Part shown: piece after piece, positions 15,714-24,454 of the stretch
Layout of the letters: each line of letters starts with the position of its first letter
Numbering within the stretch: position 1 is the first letter of the stretch
IMG/VR virus record: IMGVR_UViG_3300033487_000029
Coordinates: 1 to 33,626 of that record
Reading direction: 5' to 3' (one strand)
DNA length: 33,626 bases
DNA from: a virus
Taxonomy: Duplodnaviria > Caudoviricetes
Notes under the pieces: generated by a model
What the model saw: the letters and a program-made list of their open reading frames with translations, nothing else
The model's database searches: none
What the model was told of the DNA's origin: nothing
Program-made: the position numbers and the translations under genes

Positions 15714-16074
15714 GCGCGCACAAGGACCGCTCGGAGATCCCGAGGTTCAGGGACGGCTCAAAGAGTTGGGCGTCAAGGTCGATTCACAGCAAGCGGCCGA
15801 TTTCGACGCGGTCATGAGGATGCCCCAGGGCCGGCGATTTTTCTATGTGCTCGTCTTCCTGATCGGCCACCTCGAGTCGCCGTCCTACGACAATTCCGGC
15901 CAGTCGATGGCTTTCCGCGAGGGTCGGAGGTCGGTAGCCATCGAGCTCCGCGACTGGGCGCTCGCGGTGTGCCCCGACCTTTGGCTTGAGATGATCTCCG
16001 AGCAAATCTCCGCCGCGCAACAGAAGGCTGAAGAGCGGCGCAACGCAGCACGAAAAGAGGAGCAGTCAACATGA
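15703..16074 (+). CDS. Bbp19-like phage protein
   Basis: VMRMPQGRRFF...MAFREGRRSVA motif; GTG 15703 with GGAGG RBS. Confidence 0.8.
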   Translation: MRHERAQGPLGDPEVQGRLKELGVKVDSQQAADFDAVMRMPQGRRFFYVLVFLIGHLESPSYDNSGQSMAFREGRRSVAIELRDWALAVCPDLWLEMISEQISAAQQKAEERRNAARKEEQST

Positions 16075-16859
16075 TCGACCCGACGAAACCCCGCTGGGCT
16101 CAGTCCCCCGACGACGCCGCGGGTGCAGGTGCAGCAAGTGGTGCAGGTGTAGTACAGGCCAAAGCGGCCGACGCGGTTGCGAGTGTGACGCAGCCGGCTG
16201 GGCAGGCGGGAGCCGGCGCCAGCAAGAAGGACGGCGGAACCAGTGCGCAGACGAGCGAACTGGGTTCTGGCGCTGCCCAAGGAGATGCCTCCAAGGGTGG
16301 GAAGGCGACGGGCGAAGCAGCTGACAAAGATGCGGGCGGAGCTACCACTCCAACCCCGGTCAAGGTCCAGCTTCCGGAAAAACTGCCGGACGGCGTCACC
16401 GTAGATCAGGACTTCGTATCAGGGTTCGAGGTCGAGGCCGCGAAAGCGGGACTCGATTCATCCAAGGCCAGCGCCCTCGTGGCTTGGTACCTGGAGCAGC
16501 AATCGGCCCAGACCACGAAGATTGCTCAGGACATGGAACGATGGTCGGCCGAGAACCGGGCGACACTCGCGAAAGATCCTGAGTATGGCGGGACGAAGCT
16601 CGCAGAATCGAGAGCGGCAGTGCAGCGGTGCCTCTCAAGGTTCGATCCTAAGTCCGAGCTCAAGACACTACTCACCGACTGGCACCTCGACAATCACCCT
16701 GTCGTAGCGAAGGCGCTCGCCTCCATTGGGCGCGCACTCGCCGGGGACAAGTTGAGCGTCGAGGGCGAAGGCAAGGGAGTGGTCGCCTCGAGTGAGGCCA
16801 AAAGGATGGCGAGTCTATTTCCGTCACACGAGAAGTTGAGAAAGGAAATAGGTGAGTAA
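16071..16859 (+). CDS. Capsid scaffolding/assembly protein
   Basis: Ala/Gly-rich N-terminus, helical C-terminus with LDNHPVV; lies before the major capsid gene. Confidence 0.8.
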   Translation: MIDPTKPRWAQSPDDAAGAGAASGAGVVQAKAADAVASVTQPAGQAGAGASKKDGGTSAQTSELGSGAAQGDASKGGKATGEAADKDAGGATTPTPVKVQLPEKLPDGVTVDQDFVSGFEVEAAKAGLDSSKASALVAWYLEQQSAQTTKIAQDMERWSAENRATLAKDPEYGGTKLAESRAAVQRCLSRFDPKSELKTLLTDWHLDNHPVVAKALASIGRALAGDKLSVEGEGKGVVASSEAKRMASLFPSHEKLRKEIGE

Positions 16860-16861
16860 TC

Positions 16862-17857
16862 ATGGCTTCTGTCAGACTGACACTCTCGGAGTACGCGAAG
16901 TCGATGGACCCCGATGGCGCACAGGCGCAGATCATCGAGGTGTTGAACCAGGTAAGTCCAATGGTGCAGGACGCGACCATCAAGGCGTCGAACGCACTGC
17001 TCGGCAACACAACCACGATCCGGAAGACTCTGCCGGCCTTCGCATCAGTGAAGATCAACCAGGGCGTGGATGCGTCGATCAGTGTGACCGAGCAGAAGGT
17101 CGACACGATCGGGATGTTCGAAGGTGCGGCTGAGACGGACGCGCGTCTTCCGGGCATTCTCGGGATGGCCGACTTCGAGAAGAGGCGCCGGCAGGACCTC
17201 CTCGCATACGCCGAGGCGGCAGTGCAGACGATCCATCAGTACTTGCTGTACGGATCGACCCTCACCGATGAGGCTGGTTTCGACGGGTTCATGCCCCGCA
17301 TGGACGCGCTGAATACAACCAACCGGCAGAACTCGATCGTGCAGAGCATGGGTTCCGTGACTGGTTCGGACGGCTGCTCGGTGCTCGTGGTCGACTGGGG
17401 CGACAACGCCTGCAACCTGCTCTATCCAAAGAACAGCGTTGCCGGCCTCGAGACGATTGATGAAGGCAAGGTCCGGGTCACCGACTCTGACAGCAAGGCC
17501 TTCATGGCCTACCTGACCACCCTGCGCTGGAAGATCGGTCTCGGCGTCGACGACAAGCGGCACATGGGCCGGCTCTGCAACATCGACCTGTCCGATTCGC
17601 TGCTTCTCTCCCCGACGCAGGGCTCTCTGTACCGGGAGCTCACGAAGCTGCTCAACCGGATGCCTCCTCCGGGAACCGCGAAGAGGGTGCTCTACGTGCC
17701 GCTCGAGCTCTATACGGCGTTCCATCTCCAGGCCATGGAGAAGAGCAACCTGGCTCTGTCGCTGCAGGAGTACTTGGGCGTCTTCGTTCCGCACTTCCTG
17801 GGGAATCCGATTCGTCAGGTCGAGCGGATGGCGGTGAACGAGTCGACGGTCAGCTAA
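16862..17857 (+). CDS. Major capsid protein (BPP-1 Bbp17-like)
   Basis: 331 aa; IIEVLNQVSPM, FDGFMPR, LLYPKNSVAGL, FLGNPIRQ; strong codon bias. Confidence 0.9.
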   Translation: MASVRLTLSEYAKSMDPDGAQAQIIEVLNQVSPMVQDATIKASNALLGNTTTIRKTLPAFASVKINQGVDASISVTEQKVDTIGMFEGAAETDARLPGILGMADFEKRRRQDLLAYAEAAVQTIHQYLLYGSTLTDEAGFDGFMPRMDALNTTNRQNSIVQSMGSVTGSDGCSVLVVDWGDNACNLLYPKNSVAGLETIDEGKVRVTDSDSKAFMAYLTTLRWKIGLGVDDKRHMGRLCNIDLSDSLLLSPTQGSLYRELTKLLNRMPPPGTAKRVLYVPLELYTAFHLQAMEKSNLALSLQEYLGVFVPHFLGNPIRQVERMAVNESTVS

Positions 17858-17893
17858 GGGGACCGCCAAACAACTTTCACAAGGAGAAACACA

Positions 17894-18328
17894 ATGATTC
17901 TCGACTTCATGGATGAGTTCACGACAAGCGGCGGACAGGCTGTCACTGCCGACGCAATCGGTACCAAGGTGAAGGATGCAGGGTCCGGAAACACCCGGGA
18001 CCTGGGAAGGGGTGAGGCGATCTACCCCTACATCCGGATCACTGCGGATGCGGCTGCAAACCCGACCACTGGCGAAACGGTCGACATCGTCGGCGCGGAC
18101 AACGCGGCTCTCACGAGCAACGTGGTCGTCCTCTCGACCACGTACATCCTGGCCGCAGCGCTGACGGCCAGCTCCGTTCATCAGATGGCACCGCTCAAAG
18201 GCAACGTTCAGAAGCGCTACCACGGGTGTCGCTTCGTGAACACAGGCGGAGCTCCGAGCACTGGGAAGTGGATCGTCGGACTCGTCGACAAGAGCGCCCG
18301 GCCGCAGAATGAGGAAGCGCAGCTGTAG
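17894..18328 (+). CDS. Capsid cement/decoration protein (Bbp16-like)
   Basis: MILD...F...QAVT, RDLGRGE, KRY motifs; AAGGAG RBS. Confidence 0.85.
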   Translation: MILDFMDEFTTSGGQAVTADAIGTKVKDAGSGNTRDLGRGEAIYPYIRITADAAANPTTGETVDIVGADNAALTSNVVVLSTTYILAAALTASSVHQMAPLKGNVQKRYHGCRFVNTGGAPSTGKWIVGLVDKSARPQNEEAQL

Positions 18329-18361
18329 TTGGTGGGCCCTAGGCCAACCAGAAAGGGAAGT

Positions 18362-18769
18362 ATGAGAGCCAGATACCTGATCACGGAGCACCCTGGGGCC
18401 TACATCCGAGGACTCGGATTCTTGGTCCCCGGCCGGTACTTCGAGGCGCCCTCGGACGACTACGTCCCCGCACGTAGCTTCCAGGCGCTGAACGAGGCCG
18501 GCGTTGCTGGGCTGAAGACGCTCAAAGAGCGCCTCTTGGCGAAGGCGAAGGAGTACCAGGCGAAGGCCGAGTCGAATGCGCTCACGAGCGGTCGACGTGA
18601 GGCCTTCGGCGACGCAGCGGCCAACCTCGAGGCGGAAGCAGAGCGGATCGTGCTAGAGGTGGTCGGAACCCCGAAGGAAGAGGTGAAGGTCACCCCGATG
18701 GTCTCGCTCAAGGCGATGGATGAGGCCGAGCGGGGAGTGAAGGCGAAGCGCGCAGCGGATCGGCAGTGA
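18362..18769 (+). CDS. Hypothetical virion-region protein (135 aa)
   Basis: ATG 18362 after AGGGA; position after the cement gene. Confidence 0.7.
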   Translation: MRARYLITEHPGAYIRGLGFLVPGRYFEAPSDDYVPARSFQALNEAGVAGLKTLKERLLAKAKEYQAKAESNALTSGRREAFGDAAANLEAEAERIVLEVVGTPKEEVKVTPMVSLKAMDEAERGVKAKRAADRQ

Positions 18770-18778
18770 GTTCTGATG

Positions 18779-18804
18779 CCCGGGGAGGGGCGACTCTCCC
18801 CGGG
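18779..18804 (+). terminator. Strong hairpin after the capsid genes (weak U-tract; attenuator or stabiliser)
   Basis: CCCGGGGAGGG-GCGA-CTCTCCCCGGG followed by only TT. Confidence 0.5.
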
Positions 18805-18818
18805 TTGAGGTGTCGAGC

Positions 18819-19448
18819 ATGGCGGCAACCCTAGTCGAGATCTTCAACCGGGCGCTCACTAAGATCGGCGAGACGGAGTTTTTGACCGTGTCGACCGGGA
18901 ACACCTCGATCGCCGGCAAGACCTGTGAACTGCACTGGGCAGACATCCGAGACGAGGTGTTGTCGGACTTCCCGTGGCCGTTCGCGAATCGACAGAAGGC
19001 GATCGTGGTCGACGCGACCGAGTCGCGCACGGGTTGGGAATACGCCTTCACGCTTCCGACCGACTTCCTCATGGCTCGGTTTCTGCACACACAAGACACC
19101 CGGATTGCGCTCGTGGCGCCCGAGAGCCGGGACGCCTACGAGATCGCGCTGAACGAGGATGGGGACGGAAAGTTGCTGTTCTGCGACTATGCCGCGGCCG
19201 ACATCCAGGCGCTGGAGTACACGGCACAGGTGACGGATGTGACGCTCTACTCGGCCGCGTTCTGCGACGCGGTGTCATGGCGACTCGCGGTTGAACTGGC
19301 GCTTGCACTGCCGAAGGATGAGCGGAAGGCGGGGGCGGCTCTGCAGATGTACAAGCAAAAAATCCTCGAGGCGTTCGCACAGCAGTTGCGTGGCAATCGA
19401 GAGGACTACGAACCTTTGGAGGGCTCGGGAATCCGGGCGCGCGAATAG
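18819..19448 (+). CDS. Tail tubular protein A / adaptor (T7 gp11-like)
   Basis: VEIFNRALTKIG, FPWPFA, WEYAFTLPTDFL, FCDAVSWRLA. Confidence 0.85.
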   Translation: MAATLVEIFNRALTKIGETEFLTVSTGNTSIAGKTCELHWADIRDEVLSDFPWPFANRQKAIVVDATESRTGWEYAFTLPTDFLMARFLHTQDTRIALVAPESRDAYEIALNEDGDGKLLFCDYAAADIQALEYTAQVTDVTLYSAAFCDAVSWRLAVELALALPKDERKAGAALQMYKQKILEAFAQQLRGNREDYEPLEGSGIRARE

Positions 19449-22400
19449 TGCCGATCGTTCGACAGACCTCTTTTGCGGGTGGCGAGCTCAGTCCGGAATG
19501 GCATGCTCGAGCCGAGCTGGACCGGTACAAGATCGGCGCGAAGTCTCTGCTGAACTACCTCGTAGCACCAAGCGGGAAAGCTCCAAACAGACCCGGCTCC
19601 CGGCTTTGCGAGTGGGAAACCATCTCGGATTTGGTCGCGGTTCGGCTGTCGAGCAACGGCGCCGTTACGTCGGTCGCTGGAACATCATGGGCCGCGAAGA
19701 CTCTACCCTCTACAGCTTCTCGCTACGCTGTCGGATCGAACGGATACCGGTTCGTGACCTCTGGTGGTACCGCGGCCGTGTGGGAAGTCTCGGACGATCG
19801 AGGTGCTACCTGGACGACCAAGACCAAACCGGACACCAATACGATGTATCGCGTGTTCTGGGACGGTGGATACTTCCATGCGGTCGGTGAGACTGGGCAT
19901 ATTGAACGGTCCGTCGACGGCGGCGAAACATGGACCACTCAGACGATGAGTCCGGGTGTTTCGCTTACATCAATCACAGGTGGTTGGTTCAATAGCATTT
20001 ACGGGTTGGTGTCGATTGGCGCATCCGGAAAGTTTTTCCGATCAGTCAACCGTGGTGTGAGTTGGGCATCAGGCAATTTGCCACGAAACGCGACTTATAA
20101 CGACATCGCGTGCAACGGCGCGGGGATGATGATTGCCGTTTGTAGCGGGTACATCGCCAGATCTGTCGACAACGGAGCGACCTGGACAGAACAAGCTTTG
20201 ACCGGTAACCACACCTGTGCGATCTACGCCTCTGGTTATTGGTGGATCTTCGACGCATCAACAAACGTGACCTATCGGTCGACAGACGGAAAGACCTGGA
20301 CCGCTGGGACCAAACCAAACACAGCCACCCCCAACAACGCCGTGTGGACTGGGACCTATGTGGTGGTGGCGTATTCGACTGGATTCTTCTACGGCCCGGT
20401 CGACGGTTCCTCTTGGACGGCGGTCGCGGTATCAGGCGACTGGCGCGGAGTCGCGACCCTGCATGACGCCTCAGAGACAACTCATCCCCGTCTAGTCCCG
20501 TTCGTCTTCTCGGATGAGCAAGCGCTTGTAGTCGAGTTCCGGGGCGGCGCGATCAGGTTCCTTGAGGATGGCGCTTATGTCGAGGCGTCTGGGGTTCCGT
20601 ACGCGATCACGTCGCCATACGCCGAGAGCGATCTGCCGCGCCTGAAGTTTGCGCAGATGGGCAACATCATCACGATCACACACCCGAGCTACTCACCTCG
20701 GGAACTCGTCAGGACGGCTACGAGTCCGCTCACTTTCACGTTGACGGCGATCGCCTTCGACGCTCCGGCGTGTCCAATCACATACGACGATCAGGATCCA
20801 ATAGTGGTTTTGGGATTCCATCAATCTACCGTGGTCACTGGGCCGACCAAGAGATGGATTTGGTGGTTCACATGTCTCTGTGAAAGCTTGGACGGTACCA
20901 GGCAATGGGAAACGGCCCCCTATACTGGGACAATTGCCTTATGGGACTACGACGTGGCGGCCTGGAGTCCCAGCACAACATATGGGCTCGGGGATCGCGT
21001 ATCGTCGCTGGGAACCTATGTCAGCCTATTGCCTGGAAACGTAGGGAATCCTCCCGCTACCAGTCCAACATTCTGGGCTCTCGAGGCCGAATACGGGAAC
21101 GGCGTGTGGGGAGGTGGGTCAACCAGGCCATACGACACGGACGGACTGTCACTGTCAGAGCAAGAACCGGTGCTCTGGATATCGGGGATTGCGCAGCCCA
21201 CAACCCACAACATTGTAGCTCTTTGCGTATACAGGGGCCTGAGCGATGTGGTTGGGTTGGTGTATCAGAAAAAATGGTGGGTATGGACTGGGAGTCTTCT
21301 GCTACAAGTTAACGACTTCGGAGAAATCGATCCAGACTATCTGACCCGGCCGCCAAAAGGAGAGAACCCTTTCAATGTTCTTGATGAGGATCGGGTGGTT
21401 CTAAGGACCGAAGATCCGGCAACGGTTGCCTATCAGGATGAGCGGCTCATATTTGGCGGGACAGCCGAGCGCCCAAATTACCTGTTCATGTCTCGAGTCG
21501 GGGACTGGAAGAACTTCGATCAGTATCCGATCGTGAAGGATGATGATTCGATCTCGGTCGGACTCGCCGGCCGGCGCTTCGAGGAGATCCGGTCTCTTCT
21601 TCCTGGCCGCTCCCTGCTGACCTTCACAGCCATGAGCGAGTGGGCGGTCGATGGAGGTCAGCCGGATCAACCGATGACGCCCACAGCCATCTCCGCGCGC
21701 ATCCGGTCAGAGCGCGGCTCGACGTGGCTCGATGCGCTGAAGGTCGGCGATGATCACGCGCTCTTCGTGCAGCGCAAAGGAACGGTCGTTCGGGATCTCG
21801 CGTTCGACGGCGCCGCGGGGACGTACGTCAACGGCGATCTATCCCTGTTCTCACACCATTTGTTCGTCGGAAAGCAAGTAGTCGATTGGTGCTGGCAAGA
21901 GGACCCGTGGTCGATCGTGTGGGCGATCTTGGATGACGGCTCCCTTGTCACCTTGACCTTCATGCCAGAATACAAGGTTCTGGCGTGGTCTCGACATGTG
22001 CTCGCGGACGTCGGAGTAGCCGAGTCGATCTGCTCGATCCCTGAAGGTGAAGAGGATGCGGTCTATGTGATCGTCCGGCGCGGGTCCATTCGATCGATCG
22101 AGCGATTCGCCACGCGGCAGGTGACGAGCGCAACAGAGTCCATTTTCTTGGATTCCTCGGTGAGTTACACCTTCGGGACCGCCACCACGGCGATCACGGG
22201 GCTCGATCACCTGGAAGGTCGAGTGGTGTATGCCGTGGCGGATGGTCTCGTTCAAGGTCCCTTCACGGTCGCGTCCGGCGCCATCACGTTGACTACAGGC
22301 GCCCTGCGGGTTCACGTCGGTCTGCGGTACTATGCGGACTTCGAGTCTCTCGACGTTCCCCCGGGGGAAGGGAAGACGCAGCGCAAGGTCGTCAAGACCG

Positions 22401-22648
22401 CCTGGGTAGAGCTCGAAGCATCGGCGGGGCGCATCCAGGCCGGCGAAGATTTCACGTCTGCCAAGTTGCAGACGTGGTCAGGAAATGAGGCCGATCAGGT
22501 ATCGGCCGTCTCTGGTTTGAAGACTGGACAGGCCAGGATACCGACGATCTCCCATTGGAATCATGGGGGTCGTGTTTGCGTGCGGCAGAGTGATCCTTTG
22601 CCTTGCACGATCCTTGCAGTCACGCGGGAGGTGGAATATGGTCAATGA
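19448..22648 (+). CDS. Tail tubular protein B / nozzle (T7 gp12-like) with inserted Asp-box propeller and CBM-like module
   Basis: QTSFAGGELSP...RPGS N-terminus, RLVPFVFS, YQDERLIFGG, SRVGDWKNF, WSRH, GLDHLEG, QSDPLPCTIL. Confidence 0.9.
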   Translation: MPIVRQTSFAGGELSPEWHARAELDRYKIGAKSLLNYLVAPSGKAPNRPGSRLCEWETISDLVAVRLSSNGAVTSVAGTSWAAKTLPSTASRYAVGSNGYRFVTSGGTAAVWEVSDDRGATWTTKTKPDTNTMYRVFWDGGYFHAVGETGHIERSVDGGETWTTQTMSPGVSLTSITGGWFNSIYGLVSIGASGKFFRSVNRGVSWASGNLPRNATYNDIACNGAGMMIAVCSGYIARSVDNGATWTEQALTGNHTCAIYASGYWWIFDASTNVTYRSTDGKTWTAGTKPNTATPNNAVWTGTYVVVAYSTGFFYGPVDGSSWTAVAVSGDWRGVATLHDASETTHPRLVPFVFSDEQALVVEFRGGAIRFLEDGAYVEASGVPYAITSPYAESDLPRLKFAQMGNIITITHPSYSPRELVRTATSPLTFTLTAIAFDAPACPITYDDQDPIVVLGFHQSTVVTGPTKRWIWWFTCLCESLDGTRQWETAPYTGTIALWDYDVAAWSPSTTYGLGDRVSSLGTYVSLLPGNVGNPPATSPTFWALEAEYGNGVWGGGSTRPYDTDGLSLSEQEPVLWISGIAQPTTHNIVALCVYRGLSDVVGLVYQKKWWVWTGSLLLQVNDFGEIDPDYLTRPPKGENPFNVLDEDRVVLRTEDPATVAYQDERLIFGGTAERPNYLFMSRVGDWKNFDQYPIVKDDDSISVGLAGRRFEEIRSLLPGRSLLTFTAMSEWAVDGGQPDQPMTPTAISARIRSERGSTWLDALKVGDDHALFVQRKGTVVRDLAFDGAAGTYVNGDLSLFSHHLFVGKQVVDWCWQEDPWSIVWAILDDGSLVTLTFMPEYKVLAWSRHVLADVGVAESICSIPEGEEDAVYVIVRRGSIRSIERFATRQVTSATESIFLDSSVSYTFGTATTAITGLDHLEGRVVYAVADGLVQGPFTVASGAITLTTGALRVHVGLRYYADFESLDVPPGEGKTQRKVVKTAWVELEASAGRIQAGEDFTSAKLQTWSGNEADQVSAVSGLKTGQARIPTISHWNHGGRVCVRQSDPLPCTILAVTREVEYGQ

Positions 22649-23387
22649 GGCATCCGGGGCACACGGTGAAGTCTTCGAAATCCTAGACGGGTCCCCGACC
22701 GAAATCGTACTGAGCGCAACTCCGGGGACTTACGCGAAGTGGATCAGTGGATCACAGGGGCTCATTGGTTCCCAGGGCCTAGTGAAGTTCGAATCGAACG
22801 CGCTCGACACGTGGTCGGCGCTTACTCGGTATCCGGTCGGATCGGCCGTTTCGCACGGCGGACACGACTGGACATCCATCGAAGCCTCGTTGGATGCTTG
22901 GGCAGTAGACACGACCTACGCGGCCGACGCTCTTGTGAGCAAAAATGGAGAGGACTACGTGAGTCTTGCGGCGGACAACGTCGGACACGATCCCGCCGAG
23001 GCTGGGAGCGATTGGTGGGCGCTCGGCAATCTGAACCAGGAGCCGACCGCAGAAAGCACCTATTGGACCGACAACGGTGAACGTGGCGATCGGTTGGTCA
23101 TCCAGGAAGGCGGAGCCGGAACCTACCGCGTATTCGCCAACATCAGCGCCGAGGGAGATCCGCCAACCACGTTCACTTGGGGGGTTCACAAGAACAACAC
23201 CCTCGTTCTTCAGATGCTTTCCAGCGCTGTGGCGGTCGAGGGTATCCGGTACCCGCTGACTATCACGGGCTTGGTTCGCCTCATCCCTGGGGACTTCCTG
23301 GAGTTGGCGGTATCTGGAAGCGCGGGCAGCGAGACCGTCACCATCTACTGCCTGGAATTCTCAATCGAAAGGATCTCCGAGGACTGA
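22638..23387 (+). CDS. Putative tail-associated adhesin: C1q/TNF-like beta-sandwich with inserted CBM5/12-like repeats
   Basis: W-x5-Y-x5-V repeats; GTYRVFANIS and LIPGDFLEL; ATG 22638 with GGAGGT RBS. Confidence 0.6.
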   Translation: MVNEASGAHGEVFEILDGSPTEIVLSATPGTYAKWISGSQGLIGSQGLVKFESNALDTWSALTRYPVGSAVSHGGHDWTSIEASLDAWAVDTTYAADALVSKNGEDYVSLAADNVGHDPAEAGSDWWALGNLNQEPTAESTYWTDNGERGDRLVIQEGGAGTYRVFANISAEGDPPTTFTWGVHKNNTLVLQMLSSAVAVEGIRYPLTITGLVRLIPGDFLELAVSGSAGSETVTIYCLEFSIERISED

Positions 23388-23388
23388 C

Positions 23389-23994
23389 ATGGTTCGCGTC
23401 CGACCCCACGCCGCCCTTGATGGTCCCGAGCTCGCTCGACGTATGCGGGTCCGGGACTGTGATGAGGTGTGGGCGTCGGACCATCAAATTCCCCTGGAAG
23501 CGATCGAGGTCGCATGCTGTGTCAGCGAGTTCGTCCGGACGATCGTAATCGACGGCGAGATCGCGGCCATGTTCGGGGTTCGCGCGATTCGTCCAGAAGT
23601 GGGCATCATCTGGCTGCTCACGACCGACACGGTTGACCGGAAGCCCTGCGCATTCTGGCGCACGATGAAGACCGAGCTCCTCCGGCTCCTGAGAGTCTAT
23701 CCCGCGCTAGCAAACATGGTCGACGCGCGCTACACGCAGGCCGTCGAGTCGCTCAGGCGCGTCGGGTTCACAGTGCATCCCGCGGAGTCCTATGGCGAAG
23801 ACGGGCTACCGTTTCATTTCTGCGTCATCCGGAGGTCCAATGCCAATTGCACAGGAGCGAGCGCTCAAGGCGGTCGCGTCGAAGATGGCCAAGAGCGGCA
23901 AACTGAAGAAGCAAAAGGGCGATACCTCGAAAGAGGCGCGAGACCGCTTCGTGTACGGCGTCATGCGCAAGAGCGGCTGGAAGCCGCAACGTGA
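23389..23994 (+). CDS. Internal virion protein A-like (T7 gp13 / GNAT-like)
   Basis: MRVRDCDEVWA, AMFGV, IWLLTT, LANMVDAR...LRRVGF; the last ~50 aa overlap the next gene. Confidence 0.8.
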   Translation: MVRVRPHAALDGPELARRMRVRDCDEVWASDHQIPLEAIEVACCVSEFVRTIVIDGEIAAMFGVRAIRPEVGIIWLLTTDTVDRKPCAFWRTMKTELLRLLRVYPALANMVDARYTQAVESLRRVGFTVHPAESYGEDGLPFHFCVIRRSNANCTGASAQGGRVEDGQERQTEEAKGRYLERGARPLRVRRHAQERLEAAT

Positions 23995-24004
23995 AAGGGG
24001 GTAG
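23840..24004 (+). CDS. 54-aa highly basic protein (MPIAQERALK...FVYGVMRKSGWKPQRERG)
   Basis: GGAGG RBS at 23831-23835, ATG 23840; GC3-rich codons in this frame. Confidence 0.75.
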   Translation: MPIAQERALKAVASKMAKSGKLKKQKGDTSKEARDRFVYGVMRKSGWKPQRERG

Positions 24005-24454
24005 GTGATGGGCGGCGCGGGTCTAGTCCAGGTCGGAAGTCAACTGCTCGGGAACATGCTGGGCGCCTCAGAAGAGGCTAAGGCGGCTGGCCAGACGGCT
24101 GCTCAGGCTCGGCGCAACGCGGTCCTGTCCGAGTACGCGGCCAAGGATGCGGAAGCTCGTGGCGCATCGGAAGCGGCGGCCATCACTTCGAAGGGGACTC
24201 GGACGATCGCTCAGGCTCGTGTCGCTACGGCTGCGAGCGGGATCGAGCTCGACAGCCCGACCGCTCTGAATGTCGCGAGCACAACCCGGGCCTACAGCGC
24301 CCTTGACGCCCTCACGGCGAAATCGAACGCGGCTCGCGAGGCTTGGGGGTACCGTTCAGAGGGCGAGCAGTACACGAGGGCCGCGAAGCAGGCGAGCAAA
24401 AAGTCAGAGTTGACTCCGATGTCGCTCTTTACCGGTCGTAGTGGGGGCTTCTGA
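24005..24454 (+). CDS. Internal virion protein B-like (T7 gp14-like ejection protein)
   Basis: Ala-rich; AASGIELDS, NAAREAWGY motifs. Confidence 0.8.
   Translation: MMGGAGLVQVGSQLLGNMLGASEEAKAAGQTAAQARRNAVLSEYAAKDAEARGASEAAAITSKGTRTIAQARVATAASGIELDSPTALNVASTTRAYSALDALTAKSNAAREAWGYRSEGEQYTRAAKQASKKSELTPMSLFTGRSGGF

Noticed and set aside
17045-18391. 448-aa minus-strand ORF, and similar long antisense ORFs (5692-6525, 14661-15338, 15008-15721, 32814-33458)
   Set aside because: Shadow ORFs opposite well-supported genes, expected in high-GC DNA
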